From assembly GCF_964204645.1 (NCBI RefSeq), contig NC_134031.1, positions 5,580,001 to 5,644,000 of the forward strand: a stretch of DNA of 64,000 nt, given 5' to 3'. The first letter of the stretch is position 1, and every line of letters begins with the position of its first letter. The position numbers and the translations under genes are program-made. Origin of the DNA: Tubulanus polymorphus. Its lineage: Eukaryota; Animalia; Nemertea. Of this stretch, positions 13,076 through 26,453 are shown piece by piece. The notes under the pieces are model-generated. The model made no database searches. It had not been told where the DNA came from and was given only the letters and a program-made list of their open reading frames with translations.

Positions 13076-16000
13076 ATAAGATTCGTATCTAATTTACATA
13101 TTCTTTATTTTCGACAGGCCCTGGTCGTCGAGGGAATACGGCCAAGGTTAAGACTCTCGTCCACCGCGGCGTCTTTACATAAACCTGGCATCAATCTACC
13201 GATATAGTTCGATCGTTAACCGTGCAGAAATTCCCTATTGGTCAGAAACTCGGGGAAGATTGAGCGGCAGTTTTCCGGCTAACGTTCAACGATGCGGGAA
13301 ACATTGAACAAAGCTATATTATACAGTAACCAGTCGAGTGTGTTTATCTTTATGGATGCACACGTCGGATGTCGGGTAATCCACGCGCGCGGCCAATCGT
13401 CATTCAACCGTCGAGATTAGACACGACCACAAACCGCAAACATACCCGAATCCAAAACAAATATATACGAATGGCTCTGGAGACGTTTCGTGCTAATACC
13501 GAGTCGCGTGCTAATGCAAAGCTACAGAACCTGATTTGCATCAAGACTGTATGTCAAAATACTGACAATTTCCTGTCCCGTAGCACTGTTACCGTTTTAG
13601 AGATCAAGCTTGATAGAAAAACACGACGAAAATGTATCGAAATAAAGTAATCTTTGGCACTAAAGCATTTGAAATGTGTAGTTTGTCTTGAAATGTCAAA
13701 GCTCCCCGGGCGCGGATCAAGGGCGTCTTGTAGGCCGTGTAGGAGACCCTCAAATCTCATAAACTTTCAACTGGAATCTAATAAACTTTTCTTGCATTAT
13801 AGGAAGATTAAGGCGAAGTTTTCCACTTGGAAATGCTGTAGAATAATCCATCTCACCCATCAACTAATTTTCAAATGCGACGCCTTGCTAATTAATACGT
13901 CTCCAAATATGCCTTTTCAATGATTAAGAGAGCACTTACATGTGCCCAAAGACCTTCAGAGGTAGGCATTGGATCCACCCCTGCTTCCAATCGATACGTC
14001 GCACGTTTAGATTGATGACTACTTGATCAAAGTAATGGCCTTCGGATCGTATAGGAACTGTCCCTTTTACTCATAGTTAAAAGGTTTTTCTCGAACCTGC
14101 GTGGTTTATTAGTATTCTTGTCACGTAGCCCTAGTCAACACTCTATTACTAATTCCCTTAATGTACGGAGGACAACCCAGACCTCGCCAGTAATGACTAA
14201 ATGGGGCTATCTATATATATGCGCTTTAAGCCCGCTGAGAAATGTATATCTAAATCTTACAAAAAATCTCTTATAGAAAGTAATTGAAGAGAAGATTTAT
14301 ACATAACTTGTATCCTAAAATGACACGCGAGTGCTTTCAGAATCCGACCAGTACCAAGCTCAATTAGAAGCCTGATACATGTTACAACTTGTAATGTGGC
14401 TTTTTGCGCGAATTACATAAAGATGGTCGCATGTTTCTATTCTGTGTATCAATTTTATGAGCCAATGGACCCTATAATTGTATCTGTACTGACAGGAGAT
14501 CTATAAGTCGCAGCGCAGTCTGAATGAAGCACGTGCCAGACCGATCATATCGCTCGTATATTACCGAACCGTCTTTGTTCGTCTGCGTCGCCGGTTTTCT
14601 TCTTCGTAACGCGACATCAAAACGGCTCCAAAACAATATCGCCATGTCACCTACTAAATCATTTTTAGCTGTGTGTCACGGTTTCGCGTTTTGATATTAA
14701 CGACGTCGTCGTCGTCGTGAGCGCCGGATTTTTGCACCGCTCTCTTCTCAACACGGATAATCAAGAACAACGGAGAAAAAGACGAAGACAACGACTCCCA
14801 GGTCGCATAACTCAGTCCGGTCATGCTTCGCGTTCACTCCCAGTACATCCATTGTTAAAATGGCTTTTTGCACCGAACTCCCGCCGCATACACATCTCCG
14901 TCGGATGATTAAGACACTTTGTTAGAGACTCCTCTTGTCTGAAAATTGGTCTCGTATCGAGAGAGAGAGAGAGAGAGCGGGTCTCGGCGCGCATCTCCAA
15001 TCGGAATGAAATGTCATAAACTTGAATTAGTTCTCGGTGAGATGACGGGAATTTGCGTTCGATCCACTTCGAACGTCTCTTCACTTGCGCTTCTGCTAAT
15101 GGCTTTGTGCTCGTGCGACGACGGTTTCACTTTTCGAATCTCGCAGAAAAAAAAACGAGTTCAAATTTTGTTTACATTCCTAGTAAAAAATTGAGACTGA
15201 AATCGACTTTCGTCAAGCGATAATTTGTGAGAGCATCCGATTGAGACAGGCTTAGACAAAAAGACGCCGGGAATTGGGAATCTTATATTAAATATTGTGT
15301 GCTCAGTGATATATACTCGTGGTTCCCCAGCTCCTGAGACTAAAACCCAGGGCCCGGATCTATAGACCGTTATCAACTCTATCCCTGCAGGGGCTAACTC
15401 AATTGATAATGAATTGTGTTAACCCCCGGGTTAAAGTTAATACCGTCGATGAAACCTGCTGATTTCGGACATTGAAGAGGTGTAATAATGATAAGATACA
15501 AGATAATTTACTCCTTGAAGCATTAGTTTCCACTCTCGGGGAAGACTTAGACCATGGATATCCATTTAAGTCGAAGGATTTTACGGGTTTCTGGTCAGTT
15601 GTAGACGAAACCTCTTGGGTTCGAACATGGACTCGAAAAAGTGAAGTCCATGTCTCAAACACAATATGTAGGCGATATACGTAGAAAAGGAATCGATAGA
15701 GACAAGTCCTCAGTGAACTCCGACTAGTTCAGGCTGTAAATAACAGTCGTACATATTTTTTTTTTCAATCATGAGGAAACCAACATAAAGACCGTCGTGA
15801 TTTTTACTCGATCATCAATCTATTGAATTGGTACAAATGACTTCCTCGTCCAGGATTTATCCATCGGCATAGAGATATTTTATGTGGCGCGCGGGGGCGA
15901 AAACCGGTGATTCCGCGCAACCAAGTGGCGACCTTATGCCGCGGTTTATCAATCAATCTCGTATTATTAGTTTTATTATGTCAAACGTTATCGGTAGATT

Positions 16001-19000
16001 TTATCAATGTGAGCCGTTATTAAAAGATGACTGATATATCGGAAAGTGATGAAATTTATTGCCGCATAAAACATCGGCGTAGTGGCAGATGAAGATGGGT
16101 TCGGATCGATGGCAACAGATGCCCGATTTCTCATCTCCCAGCGTCGTCTCAATCATCTTCCCGGCGGCGGCTTGGTTTTCAGTTCCCCCGATCAGTCGTC
16201 TGCTGCTGCGGTGGTAATTCGGTGTTTGTCGATGGATCATCGTACTAAAAACCACTGGCGTCTTTCGTTGTATAAGATCATATTTCAATGGGGTTACAGA
16301 ACGAACGTCTGCCAAGCGACGGACGATGAAATGAATAACACGACGCAAATCGATATCAAGACGAAACTAGCGAAAGTCAAAAAGAAGAAATTTTGCGACG
16401 ATGGATGTTAACATGTTCCTTGTTATCATCAGCGTAAATTTTACCAACGGTGGGTAAGCTTCTATTATTGTGGTCGTTTAAGAAAAATCGAACCATCTCG
16501 AGATTGGAAACCTTTTGGTACGTAAGCCAGATCACAACATGCTTAGGCTGAAAGATGATGATACCTTGCAATAAAATTTGTAATCAGTTCATTTCTATAG
16601 CTGCCGGGTCTGTTATCGTTATCAGGTTTTGGTAAAACAAAAGTAATGTACAGGCCTATAGGGTAGATAGGCGGTCAGCCGGGTCCGCTTTTTAGCTCGG
16701 AAATGGGAAACGAGGTATCATTTTCTTGATGAATCGCTAAGGTGATGGACTCGATGATGGACTATTTTTGGTTTTTTCATACCAAGTGAATATTTTGCAA
16801 ATAAGATTTCATTTTACGCCAAAATACGGCGAATTGGTCCACTATAGAACCAAAAACGTGACATGAGAATCAAAATGATTGAAATTACCGAATTTTTTCA
16901 CATCAGTTACATAACGTGGAACTTGTCCGGGCTGCCATGCTTACACACGCGGGCGTAGTAAAAGTTCAGCGGAAATCGAACAACGACAACGAAAAAACAT
17001 TCGCATCCAACAGATTCTGATTGTTTAAAAAAAACACGCGGACGATGTCCACTCGGATGATATCGTGCATTGATATTCCATGCATAAAGTCATTATTCGT
17101 GGCTTCTATCAATTTACCGAACGCGACATAGTTTCATTACCGACGCGCAGTTAGCTTCGTTATGCGCGTTTGTTTATCGACGGTCGGCGCGCGCAACGAC
17201 GACTGACCATCATCGGTGACAGTTCTATCAGACTTGATCAAACGATTCGCCGCGCCGTACACATCAGTCGATCCCGGCACCACGCGTACAGCGTACAAAC
17301 AAGACTTACCTCCTCTAATGCACGCTACGTTAAAAAGTAAATGACCAACCAGCCGAGCGTTGCCATCATCCGCGAGGCTAGGCCTACAACTTCTCTGAAT
17401 ATAAATCGAATTACACCCTTTCTCTCGATCGTACATAGTTTCGCAATACACAGCACGGCACATATATTACTTGGAAACTAGTGGAAACCTGATCTTAGTT
17501 TTTGGAAAGAATAATTTCCTTTTTCACAGTCGACTGAGAGGGTTGATTGAGAGCGTGTTTGAGGTTTTACATTTCTCTTTTTTCTTCTTCACTTTTTTAT
17601 TTTCGAGGGACCTATTTTGTGTTTCTACATTCCCCTCCAAGTTTGATTCACTGTATTTTGTATTTCTGTGTGTATTATGCTGCATGTAAGAAATACATGG
17701 AAATAAAGATTTTAATTCAATTCAATTCATGTATAGTGTTCGATCCTGATTGCTTAGCCTAATCGGTTTTTACATTGTGAAGTAAAAAAGGTTTTCTAAA
17801 GAAACTTTTCAGTTAGATATCGATGGTGTGGTCGGTCTCTGGGAAAGGTATACATCGACACGAATTATCCGGCATGAAGGGTCTGTTATAGCGAGAATAG
17901 TCGTTAAGCGACAACAATTTTTCGCCGACGTAAAATTTTATCTCTCTCTCTCTCAGTCTCAGTCCGACTGTTCTGATGATCGATTTCTCTACGTGGTATT
18001 CTATCGAGGGAAATCAAATAAATTTGATCGATGAATGCCGGCGATTTAGCCGATAACTGACGAGAATCAGCGATATAAAGCGAGATGTCGTCTGCGAGTT
18101 AATCCGGCTATTGTTGTCAGCTACTCGACAGTGATGACGGATTTCCTCCCAGTTATTATCCTCGGCGTATAAATCGATAACGAACCGATCCTCTCTCTGT
18201 ACTTTTTATTTCTTTCACGTGCACGAAATTCCTGATAACCACTTTTTATTTATCTATCATCCGACTCGCTCTCTTCGTCCTTCAGTCAGATTTATCTCGA
18301 GTGGGAAGAAAACGAATTTGTTTAGCGTTTAGGATCGGTCTCCCAGATATAAACAGGAATCGGAAATTATTTTGATTCAATGCGCAAAAAGGACAAACAC
18401 TATCTGCTCATATGCATACCTTGATATATAGTTATTTCCAAAATCTCAAAATTCCAAAATTTTATTGAATTAGGCAGCAAACAGAATTAACCCCAATCAG
18501 TAGTTAGACTGGTTAGAAGATTGTTTGAATGGACCAGAACCGAAACTTCCAATTATGTACTAAAAAGGAATTCTGTAAATTCTACCGCCGATTACACTAT
18601 CTGTACTTCAATTTCCGATTTCAAAATCAACCCCCCTGTTTCGCTCCCGGCAGGAGTGGTGGATTTACAAGGGACACCAAATGAAAAGTTTCGAAGGGTC
18701 TCTGATTTTCGAACTCGACAAGAAATCGTGGAAATTCATTAATGGTTGATTCCGCAGGCTAGCAAACATGTCAGCATTGTCCTCAGACATATACAGCGTC
18801 GATCCTCGCGGTGTTTTCTTTTTAACGAATGTCTTGCGATCCGTTTAATTCCCGAGTTCATTCTTTGCTGATTTTGAATATTAGCTCCGAGGACCAACAA
18901 GTTACTATAGCAACTAACTAAACGCCCGAGAAAATAAATGAAACTCCTTTTCATAGTGTTTTGTGTGATTAGAACCTGGCCCTTGGCGCGTGGTCGGATC

Positions 19001-22000
19001 TCGACTGCAGCCTAAATGGAAAACACCGTCTGATTAGATGAAAATATATACATTTCACGAAACCGAGTCGGCAAAGAACGCGTATGAATTGTTATAGCAT
19101 CCACACACCTTGTGACAAACAACATGAGAAAATGGGCGAGAGGAGAATTGAATATTGAACCTGTATTTTTTCTACCGTGCAGCTAGTATCCCCGAGTGGC
19201 AAGTCACCTCAACATATGCACGTCTGCGAACAGTCTACTTCTGAACCTGATGTAGTCACTAATTCGATTTGTCCGCACGCCTCCAGCAATAGCTCGTTTA
19301 TTTGCATTGATTATAGACGAGGTTTTCTCACGAGTCGTCTCTGTTTGACTTCCAAGGACATTTCGACTGTATTTCATACATTTCAGACATGTTCATCCGC
19401 GCTGAAATTCCCCATATAAGCCCAGGAAAAGACACCCTCGAGGAACAAAGCCGTATTTCAGCGCAGACGATGAATACAGTTCCCGAGTAATCCTGAAAAA
19501 AACCTTCCATCTTGATCGCTAATTCATATATATTGAATGAGTTCACATTTGGAAGAACTGGATATCAATTCATTATTTAAGTACAAAGTATCGGATTCAA
19601 ACAAGCTGGCATCTATATCATACCAGATGGAAATATATGTATTTGTTACTCGGATCGGGGATTCTCTCCCACCTACCTGCAGTCAATGTATAATCTGAAT
19701 AGACAGGTTCTGACCCCTGATCTTTACTTCCCCTACGTACACATGTAGGCCCGTCCCGAGCTTTTCTGAGGGGCATTTTCTCACCGTAAAAAGGGGCACT
19801 TTCCTATTGAAAAATGATAGATCTTTTGACGCTGCCTTTTGAATATTAGTTCGTTCGCTAGCAGCGCCCCCCCCCCCCCCGGGTCGACGCGGGCCTGACA
19901 CGTTATAGTTGATTACGAGAGTATCTTTTTACCAATTCAGTTACGAAACCAACAAAATATGGCGTTGCTTTGGATGCCTTGATTTTATATCTTCAATCAC
20001 GAGATCACTCGTAAACATTTCAGGTTTGTTTTCGGGTTTTTACGCAGTCACGTATAGGAATGTTAGACCGATGGTATTTACCGTAGTTGTCTTATCTCCC
20101 TCTTGCTAATGTCTTCTGTTCACATTGATTTAGCGGTAATTCACTTGACGAAGCAGATTGCGCCGCACATGAGAAGCAAAGAATTCCTCTCCTCGACGGC
20201 GGCAAATTCTACCGGATGGCTGATGCACACACGGCGTCATCATCACTCACACTACACACAGTCATCCCCTCCTCTATATGTGTCGATTCCGCCGGGACCC
20301 GTCTAGTCACCGAAACTAGGATTTCATCGTCGTCGTTGTTGTTCTGAAACATCGAATTGACTTATCATCAAACTTCGGGCGAACGGAAACTTCTTGAGTC
20401 ATAATTTGAGAAATAGAATCTTCACGAGAACGATCAACATATTGCCTAACCTCAACCCAGGGGATGTTACAGTTTACGAGAGCTACGCATGTGATACGTA
20501 GCCGTTGCCCTTTTTAAATCCTCTAAGCAATATTTGACATTCGGAATTATTTCTGCTTATAATTCCGTTCGCGATAGTTTTCGCTATACACGACGTATGT
20601 TTTCTCATACGAAGCGAATCGTGATATCTTATAGCCACGCGGCGTATTGGTAGAAAAATTAATGCGGTATTAATGGTTCTCCTTGCTTGACACCTGGGGC
20701 CCACTCACGCGGTACGAGTATTAAGTCACCCCGATGGCGTCATCATCGACACGATTTTAATATACATGTTCTCTTCGGTATATGAAATGCTGCTTTCTCA
20801 AATATCATCTTAATTTAGCCCGCGGTACGTTATGATATCTGATATTTTCTCTTAATGTCTATAATGGAACAAACATTAAAAAATGTGTTTTCCCTCTTTT
20901 CATCGCCGTGCATGCGTTAGACATTTATTCATTTGACAGAACAGTCATTAGCATGCCCGAAGCGACGCTTTCGGCTAAATGTAGCGAGCGGGAAAAAGTC
21001 GAATGTATCTAAATCAAAGAAATATCGGCGATCGAGTGAAATTCGTTCGGTCTTCGTTCGTCGCCTACAACGTCATGAGCTGTTTACAAGACTTTTGCAT
21101 AAAGAGAAACCGGCACTCACCAGATGGCGCAACAAAACACTTGGTTAAATCGCTTCTCGGCCTATTGGCTAACCTCCTGTTTCGCTCCTCGTGGTATTAG
21201 GGACGCCAAATCAAGTCAAATCAAACGAAATCTACCAATCAAATAATTAACAGGGTCAATCCCTATTTTAAGATAGAAAAAGATCAAAGTATACTTGTAG
21301 TCAATATAGTTATTATCTACGTATGTGTTATTCGTATATATACCAACATAAACCGTTCAATTCTACCCACAAATTAGGAGACAGAACTATGATTGATGCG
21401 GTCGTGTTGCTGTTCTAAGACTTCCCGCTCCTATCGATTTTCAGTAAAGAGATATATAAATATATACATAAGCCGTCGCAGTTGCCGCAACTTTTCATCA
21501 ATAAGCAACATAATATCATAGATGCGCTAATAACAAAATCTCTGGTTACTTTAAACAATACTGACAAGCGTCGTTCTATCGGATATGTTTGGAATGAACT
21601 ACACGTCCCTGTCAGCCGTTACTCCTAATGCCTTCTCGCATCGCTCGACTCGATTTTATCAACCTGGCACGAAGAGGTAGTGCGCACCTCCGTAATATGA
21701 ATGATTCTTATGATCAATGATAATCCGGTGTCATATGATCAAAAGAAGGTTTTGATAATGTTTTTACATGGTTCCACTAATATGTTAATTGTCGAGGCCA
21801 CAAGGAAAACCTGATCTGAACGTGAAGTCCATCGCTAGATGGAAGTGATGGGTACCATGTTTCAAGTAAGCTAAATTCATCCAAAAAATCTTAGATGTAT
21901 GCACATGTAAATAGTGTATGTGTGTATTGTTACAAACTTTGTTATAATTTACTAAGTAAAGTGTTTATTTTCCGTTGTTTTATAGATATTCTATATATAC

Positions 22001-25000
22001 TTTAGAGTCTCCCACCATACATCGGTACATGAAAATGGATGTGTAATCAAATTCCTAATGCCTTTCCAAGCAAAGGAATGGGGTGTAGGCTTTATAGCAT
22101 TCGCCGCAGCCGTAATATTGGCACCGCAAAAACCGTTATAAAATGTAGGTTTTATACACTGATAATTACCATGCATTATTTAAAGGGTTCTGTGAGGGTC
22201 GATGTGCACTACGTCATCAGCATTGGCGTTTGAAGATAACACTTACACCCGTTAATTTCGGCGTTCATTTTGTAATTGAATATATGTCATGACTCTAATT
22301 TTCTTATTATTCAAGATCTTATTATTTTTTATATTCAAGTCTTCTTTATAATGAATTTTGAATGGATGTACGATTTTTCATCAATGTTGGCGCTAGCCAC
22401 TGGTTAGACTGGTTGCCGGTCAATTCAATTCAATAGTCTATATATTCAAATCCAAAATAACTTTATTGATCCTTAATACCATATTACAATTCATTACCGA
22501 TAATTTTAGATGTAATCTATCTTCAAGGCGTCAATAAAGTTACAAGAAAGTTCTCTCGTTTATATAGATCTGATAGATATGAAGCAGTGATGAGATCATC
22601 CGAGGATTTAGAATGCAGCCACTTTTCACGTATATGATAAGGGTGGTGATGCCACCACTGAATCTGCGTTTATTCAAGCGCAATACGAATTTTTTCCAGC
22701 TTCCACAGTTAAGCGTCGATTCCCCCTTAATCTAGCAGACATTTATAGGAGAAAATCCGCGTCCAACTTTCGAGAACACTTCATGTCATCAACCCGAGGC
22801 ATCGAGTGCATTAGTGTCTTCATCGCTTTTGCCGCATCGGCGACGGTTTTTTACATATCGAGAAAATTTAACGAAATTCAATTCAGCGAGAAATCGTTGC
22901 CCTCGGAGCACGCGAAGTAAATGAAAGCGAAATCTCATTTTGCGTTCCCTATGCATCGGTACGTCTACCCGGTGTAGTGCGTCAGAAACTTCATTTGCAG
23001 TCACATTTTTTGGCCGGTTATTCCGACGAATTGAGTAGATGCCGTATAAAGAGAGATGGCGAACTCACCCCGGGCCCATCGTGAACCAGTTTACAAGAAA
23101 AATCATGATTAGTTTGCCCTAACCGGCGACGACGAAATTGAATCTCGACCCAGACATAAGTCTGATCAACCTGAGTCAGTCTAGATCAAGACTGTACAAA
23201 CCAAACCCTGGACTAGTTTTCTATACAAACCAGACCCTTGCCTCATTTTCTATATCAGAGAAGTAGAGATTTTCGAAAAGCGTTTTCTCTATTTTGCATT
23301 CAGTTGCCGCATCAATGTTTTTCGATGTTTCGGGCTAAATAACCTACGGAAAAAGTGAACTGTTATTATACATTTGATTATTTCGATGAATTCAACAATC
23401 GTGGAGCTGAGCGTTTTATTCTAGCGAAAGCAAAAAGGGTTCAGAAGAAGTCAGTACGACGCTGAATATGAAATATTCATAAGTATATCGAGTGTACGTA
23501 TCTTTGAGCTGAAATGTGAACTGGTATTGAACCTCTCAATCTCCTCCTCCCGTATACTGCGCCGTCACACGACTCAGATCGCAGTCTGCAACTGTTACTT
23601 CTAGCAAATTACCACAATATTCCCAAGAAGGTAGCGAAAATAAAAATACCGGTGCGGCGCGAGTTAACTGTGCCGACGCTCCGGGCTGCTGTAGGGAATA
23701 TTTCCATTAGGTTGATTGCCACAAATTGCCATCGATGTTAAATACCACGAGGGACACGACGTGAAAATATATATCCTTCGCGTTGCTCCGGTGGTGTTGG
23801 ATTTTAAGGTGTGGCTTTATTGATAAAAGGTTTTACTTTTGGCAATTCATCTACTTAATGTATTTGAAATGATTCCATTACGGAACGGCGTTGACGCACG
23901 CGGTCAGGCTATTTGAAACCACTCGGAGAAAATGGTTTCATTATTTGCAGGGAGCGATTTCAAGAAATTCCTATAACTTCCAGATATTCGTCAAACGTAC
24001 CGGTATGGTTATCACGCTACTCGCCTCAGCTCTGTTGAGAAAAGTCCCTAGGGATCACATCGTTAGTCTTTCCTTTAACTGAGATCCCTATCTAACTTCA
24101 TAATTTCTGCAATTTCGGAAGTTTTCTCTGATTCGTAATTTCGATGCTGTTGATTTGAGTCATTTTCTAGTCTTTCATTCGATCATTACGTATTCATACA
24201 TTCGCGCCGATTCCCCGCGTGTTCTTCAACAAGACGTTCTCGGAAAACATCCCGCGCGCTCGCCGGTAGCCTTAGAAACGGATAAAAACAGTTCTGTTAT
24301 CCCGCAACCATATCTAGCACCGCGGAAAACCTGGCTTGATCGTGCCAGTGAATTCATGCTCCATTCAATTTGCTCATAAATATTTTATCAACTGCCGTCG
24401 ACGTCGAAATGTACAGGATCAGATCTAATCACGATGGATGTCGTACAATGATAGAAAAAATCGTCCCTAAATCAATATGGCCGCCAGGCAGTCTACCACG
24501 ATAACTGTGATGGAATCTAAATTGATTATTTCTACGAGCGATACAGAGGAGGTCCCTTCGTATGATGGTCCCTGAACTGATTTGATTTCCAGAAACTGTC
24601 AAAGAATTTTGACACGAAATTATTTGATATCGGAGAGGTATAAATTCTCTATATGGATTACCTATATTAAATAATAGACAGAATCCGTGTTACCTTAAGT
24701 TGACAAATTCTCTGACATGCCTTGTTCGGTGTTGGAAATCGAAATTCGACCAAGAAATGACTCGCTGCGAGTTGTGGGCTTGGAGAGTGATTTCCAATTA
24801 TCTTCGAAAGAGTCGATTTCATTTTGTGTTATCGTCTGGGATTCTGACAGTACAATTTCATAGCACTAGCATACGAAACATCTTCGCGCGAGCTCGGGTC
24901 AGAACTTCAGTACTTCGTCCTGAAGTACAGTAAACCTCGTCTTACTCGGACTTAGCCGACTCGGGACTTTTGACTAACTCGAAATAAAAGCGAAATCATC

Positions 25001-25560
25001 TTACTGACTCACTAACGTATTCATTTTCCTTACCCTTTACTTGAACTTCGTTTACCTCGGACCGATTTTGCTGGTCCAAATTGCTGGTTTCTCTGCCGCT
25101 ACCCCACAAAAATAATTCAAATGCTAGGTACAGCCCTGGGTTGATTTCGTTTTTATTCCGACGATAAATGCTACTGTGCTAATACGGATATGGTCCATGA
25201 TTAATTAAAGGCAAAATTCACAGTGGAAACTGAAACCAAGTTTTAATCAAAACCTCTCAGAAGAGTCCGTACACGGATTCATTCATTATACAGCTATTCA
25301 TTACAACCCAATCTATTCCTTAATCATCTTTTTCGAAAGTGTTTCTTAGACTAGTTTAAAATGCGGGAAACGTAAGAGCTTATCATTCCTTTTTTGATTT
25401 AGCCATTCAAACTGGTAAAATCTGCGATGTTCTTCTACACAAGGAACGAAATTTTCCGTCGACACTAACGTATCCTATCTCCGCAAAGGTTCTTATGCCC
25501 GTAGTCGATTATCAAGATTAAGATTATCAGGCTGAAAACGTAAGTCTTGTGAAGATTCAT

Positions 25561-26453
25561 CCATGGATTCAGCATGGGATCATACTTTATCTAATTTCAG
25601 CCATGGGTTCACCATGGGATTACTTAGCTTAATTTCAGCCATGGGTTCACCATGGGATCACTTTTTATCTAATTTAAGCCATGGGTCCACCATGTAATCA
25701 CTCTTTATCTATTTTCTTTCAGCCATGGGTTCACCATGGGATTACTTAGTTTAATTTCAGCCATGGGTTCACCATGGGATCACTCTTTATCTAATTTAAG
25801 CCATGGGTTCACCATGGTATCACTCTTTATCTAATTTCAGCCATGGGTTCACCATGGTATCACTCTTTATCTAATTTCAGCCAAGGGTCCACCATGGGAT
25901 CATTCTTTATCTAATTTAAGTCATGGGTTCACCATGGTATCACTCTTTATCTAATTTCAGCCATAGGTCCACCATGGGATCACTCTTTATCTAATTTAAG
26001 CCATAGGTTCACCATGGGATCATTCTTTATCTAATTTCAGCCATGGGTTCACCATGGTATCACTCTTTATCTAATTTCAGCCATGGGTTCACCATGGGAT
26101 CACTCTTTCTCAAATCTAAGCCATGGGTTCACCTTGGTATCACTCTTTATCTAATTTCATCCATGGGTCCGCCATGGGATCACTCATTATCTAATTTCAG
26201 CCATAGTTCCACCATGGGATCACTCTGCTTAATTTCAGCCATAGTTCCACCATGCGATCACTCTGCTTAATTTCAGCCATAGTTCCACCATGGGATCACT
26301 CTTTATCTAATTTAAGCCATGGGTTCACCGTGGAATCACTCTTTATCTAATTTCATCCATGGGTTCAGCATGTGATCACTCTTCATCTAATTTAAATGGG
26401 ATCACTCTTTGTTTAATTTCAGCCATGGATCCATCATGGTATCACTCTTTATC
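25561..26453. repeat. 40-bp minisatellite, about 22 units, palindromic core
   Basis: Unit CCATGGGTTCACCATGGGATCACTCTTTATCTAATTTCAG repeated head to tail, with some shorter variant units. Confidence 0.95.

Noticed and set aside
25561-26453. CRISPR-like array (palindromic repeats at regular spacing)
   Set aside because: The intervening sequence is repeated too, so there are no unique spacers; no cas genes; eukaryotic context. It is a minisatellite, and ORF 26043-26270 is a by-product.
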